From the human T2T-CHM13v2.0 reference genome, Homo sapiens: a DNA stretch of 64,000 bases. The notes beneath the pieces were generated by a model that was given only the letters and a program-made list of their open reading frames with translations, was not told the DNA's origin and did not search any database. The stretch lies in NCBI RefSeq assembly GCF_009914755.1, contig NC_060925.1; one strand, written 5' to 3'. Below, in pieces: positions 1 through 13,289 of this stretch; position 1 is the stretch's first letter, and each line of letters opens with the position of its first letter. The translations under genes and the position numbers were made by a program.

Positions 1-184
1 TGGGTATTTCTCTTCTTTCAGCACTTTGCTTCATCCTATATTGTCTGCCTTTAGCTATTCACCTTGTAAACAAGTGACTGTGAGGTTTTGTGGAGTAACA
101 GTGTGAAGCTGGCAGTTGGATTCTGGTTGGTACTTTCTGGTCAGTTACTACGGATATAGTGTGAATTGTGTTGGTCTGAAACAA

Positions 185-203
185 CACCACCCTCTAGTGA
201 CCA
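185..203 (-). promoter_or_regulatory. Candidate CTCF motif
   Basis: Reverse complement TGGTCACTAGAGGGTGGTG resembles the CTCF core CCACYAGRGGGCRS. Confidence 0.35.
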
Positions 204-1575
204 AAAGGCTAATAACATGCTTTATGCTGTTTTAAAGAGAATTTCCATAGGGCCAATGGATGCTTTGCTTAGGGAATCTCTGATTTCTTTCCTAGAGATC
301 TACTTATCAGTACATAATTGTGGTCACTTTGTTTTCCTTTGAGGTTACAAATTGGCAACTTTGTTTAACAGTCAATAAACCAGTAGAGGATTAAACTGAA
401 AGACCAGATATTCATTTTTTTTTAATTTAAAGTATATATTCACCTATTATGTTTTCAATGAAATTCTAACCTGGACATGTTTTAAATTCACAGATTACTT
501 AATTGTACCCTACAGCTTAAAATGTATAATGTATGTCAATATTTAGCTAGTGATGATGAATTTATTTTGCTATTTACTTCTATTAAACATCTATTTAAAA
601 ATCTTAAATATGGATACAAAATAAGATTAATAATGAGTCACATGATCAGCCTTTGATTGCCTCACTATGGATGGAAAATATCTGAAAGTCTTTCTTCATG
701 GAGCCAACCAGTAATTTTAGTTTATATTTTAGTCATTCATTCATTCAATAACCATTCATTGAGCACCCAATCTATGTCAGACACTGTTTCAGTCATTAGG
801 GATACAAAAGCAATACATAACAGTGCCTATATTCATGGGGTTTATATTTTAGTGCAAAATTACTGATTCTAAGTGCCAAATAACAGAAGAAACACTGATC
901 CCATGGCTTTTGTCTTCTCAGAATGATTGTCATGGAAGTACAGTGCAATGTAGACTTAACATTTAAACATCAATCAATGTAATTACTGTATCAAAATAAA
1001 AGCAATGCCTAGAAGTCTTTGCTAGATCAAAGAGTCCCTTTCTATGAATGCCTTTTCTGCTGTCTTTTCTTCCTATTCTTTACATGCCTGTTTTTTTTTA
1101 TTGAAAACTGGACATTGTAATATATTGTAATGACTCTGGAGTCTACCGGGTTTTTTTCCCTGAGTATTATCTATTTTATGTTTGTTTGCTCTGTTTGACA
1201 GTTAACTTGTCCGGATTCAAACTGCCAATATTGCCTCCCATGGGGCATGCTGCTCTTGGTATCTCTGCTTCATTCTCATGGTTTTCCATGCTCTTTTAGC
1301 TTGGCTTCCTAGAGATTGATTTCCCTATGCCTGTGTAATTTGCTGGTCAGTTAGCAATGGAGATCACCTTCTGTGTGGGTTCCTTGATTCTAGGGATTCT
1401 CCTCTTATTTGCAGCTACTCTGCCAGCTTAGGGCTATTCCCTGACATTTAAAGTTTCTGAAGCTTCAGCTTTCTCCCACCCAAAGTACACACAGCACAGG
1501 GAGGAATACATCCCCTTAAGTAAAGCATCAAAGTAATCAAAGTAGATGTATTCTTGAATAATGGTTTTTGTGTGT

Positions 1576-1862
<287 letters not shown>

Positions 1863-2326
1863 TAGATTTCTATCTGGTCTTTGCTTGCTTTTTCCTCAGG
1901 CTTCATGTGGTCTCCTTCACTCATGCAGAGTTTGCTGTGAGACATGAATTTGGGTAGTTCTATCTCATTTCTTCTCTGGTTCTCATTACCAAGATTTCCT
2001 ACTTAAATTTGCAGTGGCTTTTCAAGCCTTAACTCCAGTCTCTGGAACTTTTTGCCAGTAAGGCTATGATTTTTTTTTTTCTACCAGTATTTCCCATAGC
2101 CATAGTCATGAAGAATGGGCAGGATCCTCGATCCCAAAAACCAGTAAGTCATAATTTTTACTCCTTTCATTTGCAGGTCTTTTTTTCTCTTCTATGATTT
2201 CTGTATGCTTTTGAATGCCTTCCAATGCAATAGTTTAATAAAATTCAAATACTTGTTTTTACAAATTTAACTATATTTTACTATTGTTATATGCAGGGCA
2301 GCGTGATACTGGCATAAAGATAGGCA

Positions 2327-2669
2327 TGCTATGGTTTGAATGTGTCTTCTCCAAAATTCGTGTTGAAACTTAATGGCTACTATGATGGTATTAAGAGGTG
2401 ACGCCTTTAAGAGGTGGTTGGGCTATGAGGACATCTCTTGAGGGAATGGGATTAGCTGCTCTTACAAAAGGGCTTGACAGAGGGAGTTTGGTCCCTTTCT
2501 TGTCATCCTGACATGTGAGGACAGGGCAAGAAGGCCTTCACCAGAGACCAGATGATGGCGCCTTGCTTTTGAACATCCCCAACATCCAAAACATTGAGAA
2601 ATAAATTTATATTCTTTATAAATTACCCAGATGTAGTACTGTTATAGTAGCACAAAACAAACTAAGACA
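2327..2669 (+). mobile_element. MaLR LTR (MST/MLT1A type) inserted in an old L1
   Basis: Starts tgctatggtttgaatgt, ends aactaagaca; L1 ORF2-like sequence on both sides. Confidence 0.8.
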
Positions 2670-2674
2670 CTGAT

Positions 2675-2958
2675 CTATAGATCAATGAAAGAGAGTATTA
2701 TAGAGAGCATCATATATACACATATAGAGATATAGATATGTGTACACATATGCAGACATTCAACAGATTTTTGTCAAAAGTGTTAAGGTGATTCAGGAGA
2801 ACAGTCTTTTTAACAAGTGGTGCTGGAAAAACTAGATAGCTGTATGGATATAAAAATGAACATAGACCTTACACCACAAAACAAAATAGATAATAGACTT
2901 AAATGTACCTGTTAAAACTATAAACCTCTGAGATTAAAAGAGGATTTTTCCTTGTGAC
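2675..2958 (+). mobile_element. Old L1 (L1M) ORF2 3' fragment
   Basis: tatagatcaatgaaag...aacagtctttttaacaagtggtgctggaaaaact resembles L1 ORF2. Confidence 0.7.
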
Positions 2959-3124
2959 ATCTTTTCTCCTCTATCATTACTGCAAGTACTCCTACAGCTT
3001 TGTTGTTGCTGTTGTTGTATTGAACAACGTGTGATTATCTCTTTTAGTTAGTAGGCACAGAAATTCTATTGTTTTATTTGTTTTAAAGAGACAGTCTCAC
3101 TCTGTCACCCACGCTAACGTGGCC

Positions 3125-3465
3125 TAACAGTGATGGACGGAGTGGGGAAACCCAACAAGGTTGCTTTGTACAATTCCCCTTCCCCTGGGTATGGGGCAGG
3201 ACCCCTCGGGAATGAGGGGTTTTCCAGGGAGAAGGGACAGAGTGACCTTGCTAGGTTTTATGGCTATGTTTGGGAGAGAGGAGTTCTAGTTTCTATGACC
3301 TGCCTTGGGGAAAACAAATTCTGGTTTCTGTGACTCACTTTGTGGGAGAAAAGGGCACAGGAACCAGGAGGGAAGGACAAAGACTAGGCTTCTGAGATCT
3401 TCCAGTCTCCTCTGGGTCAGAGTAGTCCACATGCCAAAGGGGCCATACTTTGGGGTTTAATGAGC
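3125..3465. mobile_element. ERV1 (MER4-group) LTR-like fragment
   Basis: ggagttctagtttctatgacctgccttgggg-type motif; subfamily not determined. Confidence 0.4.
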
Positions 3466-4844
3466 CCTGACAGCAGGTCCTTGCAGATTTCACAGGCAAC
3501 CTGTGATCTAAGTAATTGGCTTTCAGTCCCCCAATTTCAGAGGACTTTAGCAAAGCCTGGTTGAAATGGCCAAGTGTTAGAAGAATCTCTTCAAAGTTGA
3601 AATTCATCAAGTTCTTCAGCTGAGGGTGGAAGAATCCCAGATGTAAGGTTAGCAAGAGTTAGGACTTCTGGAGTCTTCCCCGCATGCCCTGGCTCTTGAG
3701 TATCAACAGGCCAGAAGCTCACAGTATCTGATCCTCCTGTGGCTCAGCAGGGATGCTTTAGAGCAGCATGTTTGGAATGAAACTGGCACACTTAATCAAG
3801 CCTCAAGGGCCGTTTGAAGTCATGTGTGGCCCACACTGGCCTCATGGGAACACAGGTGCTCCATGACCCAATAGGTTCAGGACTAGGTGGGGGGAAACTC
3901 CAACCCTGAAAACATCCCCCTGCTGTCTAGACCAGCCTGCCCCATGGCCAAGGGCAGTGAGAACCCCGGCCACCCCTTGGGTTGCACCCCTGCCAGTGCT
4001 AGAATTTTGCCCATCCTGGGCAGAAAAGCTCCGCATTTGGCTAAGGACATAACTGGAAAGAAATGCCCACGTTTTTCACTGTGGGGCATGAAAATACAGG
4101 GAGGCGGGAGCCTGATGTGTCTGCGGCCACCCAGCTGGAGGCGGATGGGCTGCGCTTCTCAAATTGCTTTGAGGAACGTTCTTTTAGTGGGGAGGGAGTG
4201 CCTTTCCTGAAGAAGTCCTTGGGATGGACATGCTGATCCTGAATGAGTCTTAAGAAGTACAGGTTTCCCAAGACCCGGAGAAGACAGCAAGCCTGTGTTC
4301 CCAGCCAGCGCTAGTGGCAGCTGGGTTCCAGGCAGGTGGAGCCGACGTGGTCTGGAGCCCGCAGCCACACTCTGGCACCTCCTCAGGCGGTTTTCAAGGG
4401 TGGGTTCCAGCCAGGCAAGTCCTACGCACTCCTGCCTAGGTGGCATGGCCACGGGAAGGACAGCCTCAGGAGGTAGATGGACAAGGACCCTCCTTGCCTG
4501 CTCCCTACAGGCTGTGTGCTGCAGGCCACTTTCAATGACCTACGTTCCCAAAACCATCAGGTCCCAACTTTGCTGGCACACGGTGTCAACTGGGGTGTCC
4601 CGCGGGGTGGGTGAGGGGTGCCAGGGACTCCTCCGGCCTTGTCACCCAGACCCCCACCCCTGTCCTTAGGGTCCCTGCACTCAGCGGCTGTTCTGGGGCC
4701 AGGCACTCTGGACCCCACGTGGTGCACATGCCGGAGCCCAATTCACTCGAGTCTGCGGGAACTGATGCTGCTGAAGACACCACTGTTCTCACAAACATCT
4801 CTGCTTGTGGATTCTTCTCAGCGCAAATGTAGCACCTGCTATGA

Positions 4845-5013
4845 TTTTTTTTTTTCTTTTCTGCTTTAGAGATGGGGGTCTTGCTCTGTTACAGCCCAGG
4901 CTGGAGTGCAGTGGCACAATAACGGCTCACTTGACTGCTCGGGTTTGAGCCATCCTCCCATTTCAGCCTCCTGAGTAGCTGGGTCCACAGGCACGGCGCC
5001 ACCACGGCTGGCC
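4845..5013 (-). mobile_element. Alu monomer (FLAM/AluJ-like)
   Basis: Poly-T plus cccaggctggagtgcagtggc...cctcctgagtagctggg. Confidence 0.8.
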
Positions 5014-5440
5014 TGAATTTTCTTTAATGGTTTGGAGTTCCCATCAAACTAAACGCTAATCAAAGGATAGCATTATACAGTATGTGAAATTATAACATTA
5101 ATACATGTGAGATAGGGCTGGCTGCTGTGAGAAAATCTGGCCAGTCTGGGAAGCATTAATAGGACTCACCTTGTTTTCCTTTCTCAGGTACTTCTCCACA
5201 GCCTTACATTCAATGTACTGAAAAATGCTGCTTGATACATTTTGTCTAGTTTGTTACAGGTTGAAGGGTAAATCTTGGCCTGAAGCAGAAGTCCTCTGCT
5301 CTTTTTTTCTCTGAATTACGTTTGATCTGCCAGTATTTTCCTGTATTCTTGAAAGTTTAATTGACTTAATTTTCTCTAATGTAGGCTTCCAAAGTTACAC
5401 AACTCCAAGCACTGCTTTAGCTCAATCTCACAGGTGTTGA

Positions 5441-5744
<304 letters not shown>

Positions 5745-8423
5745 TGATAAATTGTATTTTCATTCAAAAAAAAATCCCACTATTTGCTGACCCATGGGGA
5801 TGTTTAATTCCAAACTTTTACTTTCCCCATTCTCTTATTTCCAAACTGAAAATACATATTACAAATACACAATTGGCTTTGTCAATTTATCTTAACCCTG
5901 TCTGATACTCTGGATTAATTGGTGTATAATCCACCTCTAGGTACGAGAGTTTAACTGGCTTGCTGTTTTGTCATTCTTTACCTCTTAAAAAACTAATTTG
6001 TATTAATCATTTTCATTACTCCCTTTTTCCCCACTACTTGTTATACCTTTATTATTCTTAGTGGTTATGGAGATTAAAATATGGTTCCATGATTTATTAG
6101 AGTCTACTTAAATAGTACTTTTACCATTTACTGAGGAATGAATCTCACAACAGCTCAAATTACCTACTTCCACTTTTGAATTTCCACATTTTAAACTTCT
6201 TAAAACACTATTGGTCTGTCATGTAGTTACCCTAAAATTTAGTGTTTTGATCATATAAATTTGTAATAACTTTAATTTGCTTAAGTAAGACTTCTTACTA
6301 TTCCCTTCCCATCCAGTAGGGTTCTTTCTGATCTATTCTCCAAGCAGTGGCCAATTTGTATTAAAACTAGGTCACTTCAAACTGTTTACTATTTTCCAAC
6401 TGTTCTTCGCATACCATGTAAATTCCCTTCTATGGCTTACAAGGTTTGTATGACAGGTCCTCTAACTCTACAACTCTGTCTTAGACCATTTTTTTCCCAA
6501 GCCATTTACTGGCTTCTCATCATATCCAGGAGCAGACTTAGCCCCGCGGCACTGAACTCTTAAAAATTCAGTTACCAAGTACAATTTGCCTGACCCCAAG
6601 GTCTTATACTTACTGTCCTAAGAGTAGTTTTATACACCAACCCCTTTTATATCCTTCACAGTAGCAATCGGAATTGTTCTCCTTGCTTCAATCAAGGTAT
6701 CTCATGTTAGTTCACTACCTAGCATGCAGTAACGTAATTCATTAGTATGTTTAAATGTTCATACTGTGAATACTCTAATTTTTCAGATACTCTCAAATTA
6801 CCCTCTAAAAGGCCCGTGCTAACTTATCCTCTAATTAAAAAAATTAAGGATTTTACAAAAATAGATCATACTGATTCAAATAGCCCCAGCAAATATAATC
6901 AAAAGGGCACTAAGCAATGATACCAGAATGCAGTGGTGCTTAAAATGCAGGTTCAATGTTTAATATTGTGTTAAATATGTCTTTGGAGTCCTTGAATAAG
7001 ACTTTCTTTTGCATCTACATTAACAGATGAATAGTCTCCAAATGTAGAGAAAACATAGTGTAGGTTTGCTAATTTCCAATGGCTTCACCAAAATTACAGG
7101 TTAAACATTTTGTGTCTCTCTTATCAGTCATCAGTGCTTCAAAATGTAGTTTTTCACGGTCAGGTACCTGCCTTAGACTTTATGATACGCAATACTTTAT
7201 GGGAGGCCTGAATTTAAACACATTTTCATTATCACTAATATGAGGAAAAAACACAAAACATTATTTTTATTATTCTTTCTTCCTTCTTAGCACTCTTCTA
7301 TCCTAAGATTTTAGTGCCACAGGTACTATGGGTGCAGCCTGAGAATACTGAGGTAGTTTCTTCTGGTAGAATTAACTACATTCTCCTTAACCTTTCCCTT
7401 TTTGTGATTCTAAGGAATCAATAATAAGGAACAGGAGACATAATTGTGAGTGTGATATAGGGCAACACAATCTTGTGTCACAGTTGCTGATACCACATTA
7501 AAATTCTTAGGCTCTAATACATTATTCAAATTATAAGAATACAGATAACTTGTTTTCCCTGATCAGAATTTTGATACATGGAAATAATTGCTGAAAAAGC
7601 AACATTTTTGACAGGTTCACAGTCAACAGCTAGATTAGAGGTAACAGTGTCACTAAGAGTTAATACGAGGATAGACCATAATTAACTGGATTTGCTTCAT
7701 CCAAACTGAACACTTCCATTTTAGTTTTGACTTTTAGGTGTTTTCACAGAAATAGCTCATTTACAGTTAGTGTTATGTATATAAGCCAAAATAAATGTCC
7801 AAACAATTTATCAGTAAAAATCTACTGGTCTAGTTATCAAGCAATAATGTATTTTATATTTTCTTGTTTGAAAGCTTTTTAACTATACTTATAAAATTCG
7901 GTTCTACCTAGTACATGATATGCCTGTTCGTAGTATTTTAACCTAACAAAGCATTTTGAACTCTATCATCTGCTCCTCCAAGTTAGGTAAATTACTTTTT
8001 GATTTGTTGCTTATTTTGCCAATGATGCACCCCAATGCACTTACTTCAGGATCATACATTTATAGGGAACTCAATTTACCAATCCATAGTGAAGTCCCTT
8101 AGGTTAATATTTTTGCAGAGGATCACACAGCATGTTAGGAAGAAAGCCAATAGTTGACCCCAAGTCTTACTTCCAGCATAGTAATTTTTTGTGCTTCTGT
8201 CCTTGGTGATATACAAATAATCTAATTTCAAAATGTATGCCAGTGAGGCTGCTCTTTCTCAACCTATCTTAGTTGTGTGTAATAAAATATAAGTTGGCAT
8301 ACTTTAAGTAGAAAATTGAGGACAATAAGGTTTATTTACATGTTCTACCCTCTCCTGAAGGATGGCTGGACAGATAACTTCAAAGTTTTTTCAGCTTATG
8401 AAGAAATGGCCTCCTTGGACTTA

Positions 8424-8597
<174 letters not shown>

Positions 8598-9485
8598 TTA
8601 CAAAGCTTTAATTTCAGAATAAAAACTCCTTTCACAATCAAAGAATGCTTTCCAGCGAAGAACATTTATTCTATCAGTAATGAGGAAAAAATACAACTGA
8701 TCAAAACCTCTTTGAGAAAGGTAACAGATATTGACCCTCATCAAACATTTGAGTGCTTGCTATAATGACAAACACTATGCTAAGGGAGAGGGATACTGGG
8801 GAAGGAGAAACTTTTAGGAGTTTCACCCAATTCCCATTGAAAGGGAAGAGGCATCAGGGATGGCATCCTAGTGTTCTGAATTGAGTCATGAAAGCTAAAT
8901 GAAAAAAGAAATGGTAGTGGGGTATGTGTAGGGTATCCCAGGTATAAGAAACTTGTACTAAGATGAAAGCCTATTAGTAGTTCAGCATAGTTAACGTAGC
9001 TAGTGTATAGGTTCTGTGCACCTAAGTAGGTTAGAATTGGGAGGTGGGGGTAGTGTGAGTCCTGGAAAAAACCCCTGAACTTTTTACTATATGCATAAGG
9101 ATTGTAGTTGAATTCTGAAAGCCATGAAAAGGCACTGAAAGGGTTTAAACAAAGAAATAACATGAAATGAAATGCTCGTTAGTTAAGAGCATTCTAGCAT
9201 CAGTGATGAAGTGATCAATGCTTGGTGAAAAAAATTCATTTAGCAAATATTACTGAAATCCTACTAAATGCCAAATGACCATTTAGGAAGAAACTACAAT
9301 ATCCTAGCCCACAAATCAAAGCAGTGGTAGTGTTCACAAAAAGGAAATCTAAGAGGATTATCAAGTACTGATAATGATGTTTATCAATATGAAATACAAC
9401 ATGAGATACAGGTTTGGTGAATAGAGGATTTAGGAAGAATTTAAATACAGTAAAATTGGCTGTCTGACATGTGAAGGGAGATACA

Positions 9486-9619
9486 GGCCAGGCGTAGTGG
9501 CTCACACCTATAATCCTAGCACTTTGGGAGGCCAAGACAGGAAGACTGCTTGAGTCCAGGAATTCGAGACCAGCCTGTGCAACACCGCAAGACTCATCGT
9601 GACAAAAAGAAAAAAAATA
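9486..9619 (+). mobile_element. FLAM_C/AluJ monomer with TSD
   Basis: TSD aagggagataca at 9474-9485 and 9620-9631. Confidence 0.85.
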
Positions 9620-9697
9620 AAGGGAGATACACAGGAGGCAGCTAGATACATGGATCTGGTGCTCTAGAAAGAGTAAGTGGGAAATAGGCATCTGAGA

Positions 9698-9878
9698 ATA
9701 TATACACACACATGCATATATATATATATACATATATATGTATTATATATATAATGTATATATAAACATATATATGTATAAACAAATATATGTATATATA
9801 AACATATATATGTATAAACAAATATATGTATATATAAACATATATACACATATATATGTGCATGTGTGTGTATATATG
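9698..9878. repeat. (TA)n-derived low-complexity repeat containing a 36-bp unit x ~2.5 (9755-9846)
   Basis: tgtatatataaacatatatatgtataaacaaatata repeated. Confidence 0.9.
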
Positions 9879-10543
9879 AGAAATATCTGTAAACATGGAG
9901 AAGGGATAAAAACTGCCAATATTTGCTGCATACATATATGCTACATTATTTATAATAATTCCCACAAGGTAGAAACGGTCATTTTCATTTTATAGGTGTT
10001 AACAACTTAGGCATAAAGAATGTCTCGAGTCACTCAGTTACCATTAACTAAATTGAAGTCAGTGGAAGAACCAGATAGTAACCAAATATCAGTCACAACT
10101 CTACCACTGCATCACACCCATTAAAGTAAACTTTAGTTCCTATTACTTTTAGGTTGGAGGTACTTAGCCTTTGTGATAACCTCACCAATAACAGGTCACA
10201 GATGTTTCATTTTAGGGTAGGTGCAAAATCCCACTGTTCTGTGTTCAACACTTAGCTATTCAAATTATCAATATTCTGTAGTCAGTATTCACTGTGGTCC
10301 AGTTTAATTCCAACAGCATTATTACGAAGTTCCCTGTCCTTCTCCGAGGTTTCCCACAGCCATGGTATTTTTAGTTCCCTAAAAACGTCAAATCTTCAGT
10401 GTTGCAAAGAGAATAACCTTAGCTTGCCTTATTCATCTATAAATTTGTCCTTCAAGACTGCAAGTCAACTCATTAAGAGTTTGCCTCTTTATTCGGGCAA
10501 AACTGTTCCTATTTTATTGGAGGCTTTATCTCTAACCTGAAGA

Positions 10544-10871
10544 ACAGGCCCTCTATATTCATGAGTTCTGTATCCAGCATCCATGGATTCAACAACTGCA
10601 AATTAAAAATATTCAGGGGAAAAGAAAACCCTATAAAGTCCCAAAGACAATACTTGAATTTGCCACATGGTGTTATGCTGAATCTACGTGAAGTAATGTA
10701 TGGCACTGTATTAGGGTTACTCTAGAGATGATTTAAAGTATATGAGAGGATATACATAGGTTACATGCAAATACCATGCTGTTTTACATAAGGAACGCGA
10801 GCACCCTTGAAATTTTGTTATCTGTGGGTGATCCTGGAACCAATTCCCCACAGACACTTAAGTACAACTGT
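10544..10871 (-). mobile_element. MER2-like (TcMar-Tigger) DNA transposon
   Basis: Ends ...gaaccaattccccacagacac...acaactgta; internal atccatggattcaac motif. Confidence 0.7.
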
Positions 10872-11439
10872 ATTTTATAAGAGCTTTTCTCGCACTAAAT
10901 TGAGGTTAAGGGGAGGAGTTGTCCTATGCATTTTTAGCTTCAAATTTAGGTATTTTTCTTTGAAAAAAATTGTGTAGCTTTCCTCAAAATCTTTTTAGAT
11001 ACCTTTTAATCTGCATTGAAGTATTTCAAATTTACCAAGTTAATGTTAACATTTTTCTTATCCCAGCACCTTTTATTTTGCTAAACAAATATTTAAGAAC
11101 TATTACTACATGTTTATTATTTATATCTGTGTGTAATATTACAACACCCTTATTCAAGCAGCCAGGTAGTTCGATGTGGCTGAGGGGAAAAAAAAAAACC
11201 ATTAAATGTTTACTGCTCACTCTCAATGACTACAAATTTGGCTGTAATGCAATCTGGACCCATCCCTCCTCATACTGTAATTAACTGTGGAGGCTCTCAT
11301 TTAATATTGAAGGCACCCCCCACCGCCTTGTCATGGCTCTAGACCCCATGTTTTCTCCTATTTGATACCTCTCCAAAAATTCTTCCCTCCCTCTCTCCAT
11401 CTACTTTCCCCTCTAACAGAGAATAAAGGCTTGTCAAAG

Positions 11440-12245
11440 GTCACAAAAGCCAATATGAAAAATAAGTAACAAGTATAAAATAAATATAACTGAGTATATA
11501 TATAAAAGAAATGGAGACAAATCTTTCTTATAGAAAAATTCCAAATACTGTGTAGATACCTAACCCCAAAAGGATATGGAACTTAATTCCCCCGTCTTAT
11601 CATGATGATGGACTACACTTAGTATAACCTGATTTGAAAGAGTAACAGTAGGTAAAAGGAGAAACAGTAACTGCAATGGTGAATCAGGGCAAACCCTACC
11701 TTAACCAAATGACGAATGTTAACATTCCCAGTGAAGTCACAGGGTTATGATGTACCCTGCACAGGAAGTGACAAGAAAGACACTTTTCCTCTGTGTAGGA
11801 AGTGACAAGAAAGACACTTTTCCTCTGTGGTATTCTCTGCAAAACCCCATAATCCCAGTCTAATCGTGAGAAAAACCAGTCAAATACAGAATGCAGTGGT
11901 GGATATTCTAGAGGATACCTGGCTAGTACTCTCTTAAGATTGTCAAAATCATCAAAAATGAGGAAAGAATGAAAAACTGTCATAGAGGAGAAGAGAGCAG
12001 GAAGGTATTAGTAGTACAAGATGGTACTCTAGATTATGGAATATCTTAAGGGGAAAAATGATAACATTCTAGTAAAATCTGTAATGTAATTAATAGTAAC
12101 ATACCAACGCTGGTTTTGGTTTTGAGAAATATACACACATGGCAATTTAAGATGCTAATGACTGTAGAAAATTAGTGGGGATATATGAGAACTGTCTGCA
12201 CAATCTTTGCAACTTTTCTTTAAATCTAAAGTTATCCAAAATAGT
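11440..12245 (+). mobile_element. Old L1MC/L1ME 3' fragment
   Basis: ...aatctttgcaacttttctttaaatctaaagttatccaaaata, typical of L1M 3' ends. Confidence 0.6.
11763..11829. repeat. 34-bp tandem duplication
   Basis: aggaagtgacaagaaagacacttttcctctgtg(t) x2. Confidence 0.95.
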
Positions 12246-12558
12246 GTTTGTCTAACCTCCCTGACTATAATTGGCTGAAATTATATATTCTCTACCAAAT
12301 TACCAGACTAAAAAATATCTGACTATCGGGCTTAACAATTTCACATTTATTTTCTCAAAAGAGTTTTGGCTTTTATTACACATAATACTGAAATTTCCCA
12401 TCATGTTTGGGGGTGAATCCCTACTTTGCTATTCCTGTGGCTTCCTTGGGCAAGTTTTTAATTTCCCCGTGCTTTAACCCTCCTTTTCGCAAAACACAAG
12501 ATATGCAAGAGTATATACTCTCACAAGATCATAGGGAGAATTAGATAATGCCTGCAAA

Positions 12559-12616
<58 letters not shown>
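12559..12616. repeat. (TC)n(AC)n microsatellite
   Basis: Direct reading. Confidence 0.98.
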
Positions 12617-12618
<2 letters not shown>

Positions 12619-13289
12619 AACTGTCTTTTAGTTAAACCTGTCTACTCAATTTCCCCAGAAATAGAAATACCATTTCCAGGTCAGGAAAGCCATGAGGGTA
12701 TTTCTATTTAAAAAACATTTAAACCTTATGTCAAAAACAGGGGGCAAAGTGGAGAAATTCCCTACCTTCTTACCAACATCCACAACACTGGCTATGTACA
12801 CAAGATAGCAAGAAGGGGAGATGACATGGTTTCAGAGATCTAATTTAGCTTGGTAATTGTGCCTAGAGATGATCTTCTATTTAGATCTAGTTCTGAACTT
12901 GGACATTTATTACCAGATATCATTCAATATTGTTTAGATGAAAGGACTCCAAATAGAAACTTAAGAAAACTTAGCTGTTAAGCTGACAGTTGAGTGCTTT
13001 ATATAAGGTGACAGTTTAAGAGTAATTCAGGAAGCACACTACGATATGGTATTTTACCACATGGAATGAGGGATGTAATGTTCTGGCAAGAAGTGTGCAA
13101 CTAATTTAGGAGCTCTCTATTTAAAACGAAAAAAAGGTTAAATTAAAAATTCTGAGGTTGCAGTGATAATGGCTTTGGAATTTAAAATACCAAGCACTCA
13201 TATATAAAAGGTAGGTGAATATAAAGAGTGTAAAAAATTAACAAATCAAAGGTAACAGAAAACTGTAATTAGTTTAAAAATGAACATTA

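Noticed and set aside
5160-5295. Apparent plus-strand splice signals (tttcctttctcag|G ... AGG|gtaaat)
   Set aside because: They lie within an old minus-strand L1-like fragment; exon use cannot be supported from sequence alone
9642-9995. Several Y/I/H-rich ORFs on both strands
   Set aside because: Translation artefacts of the (TA)n-type repeat
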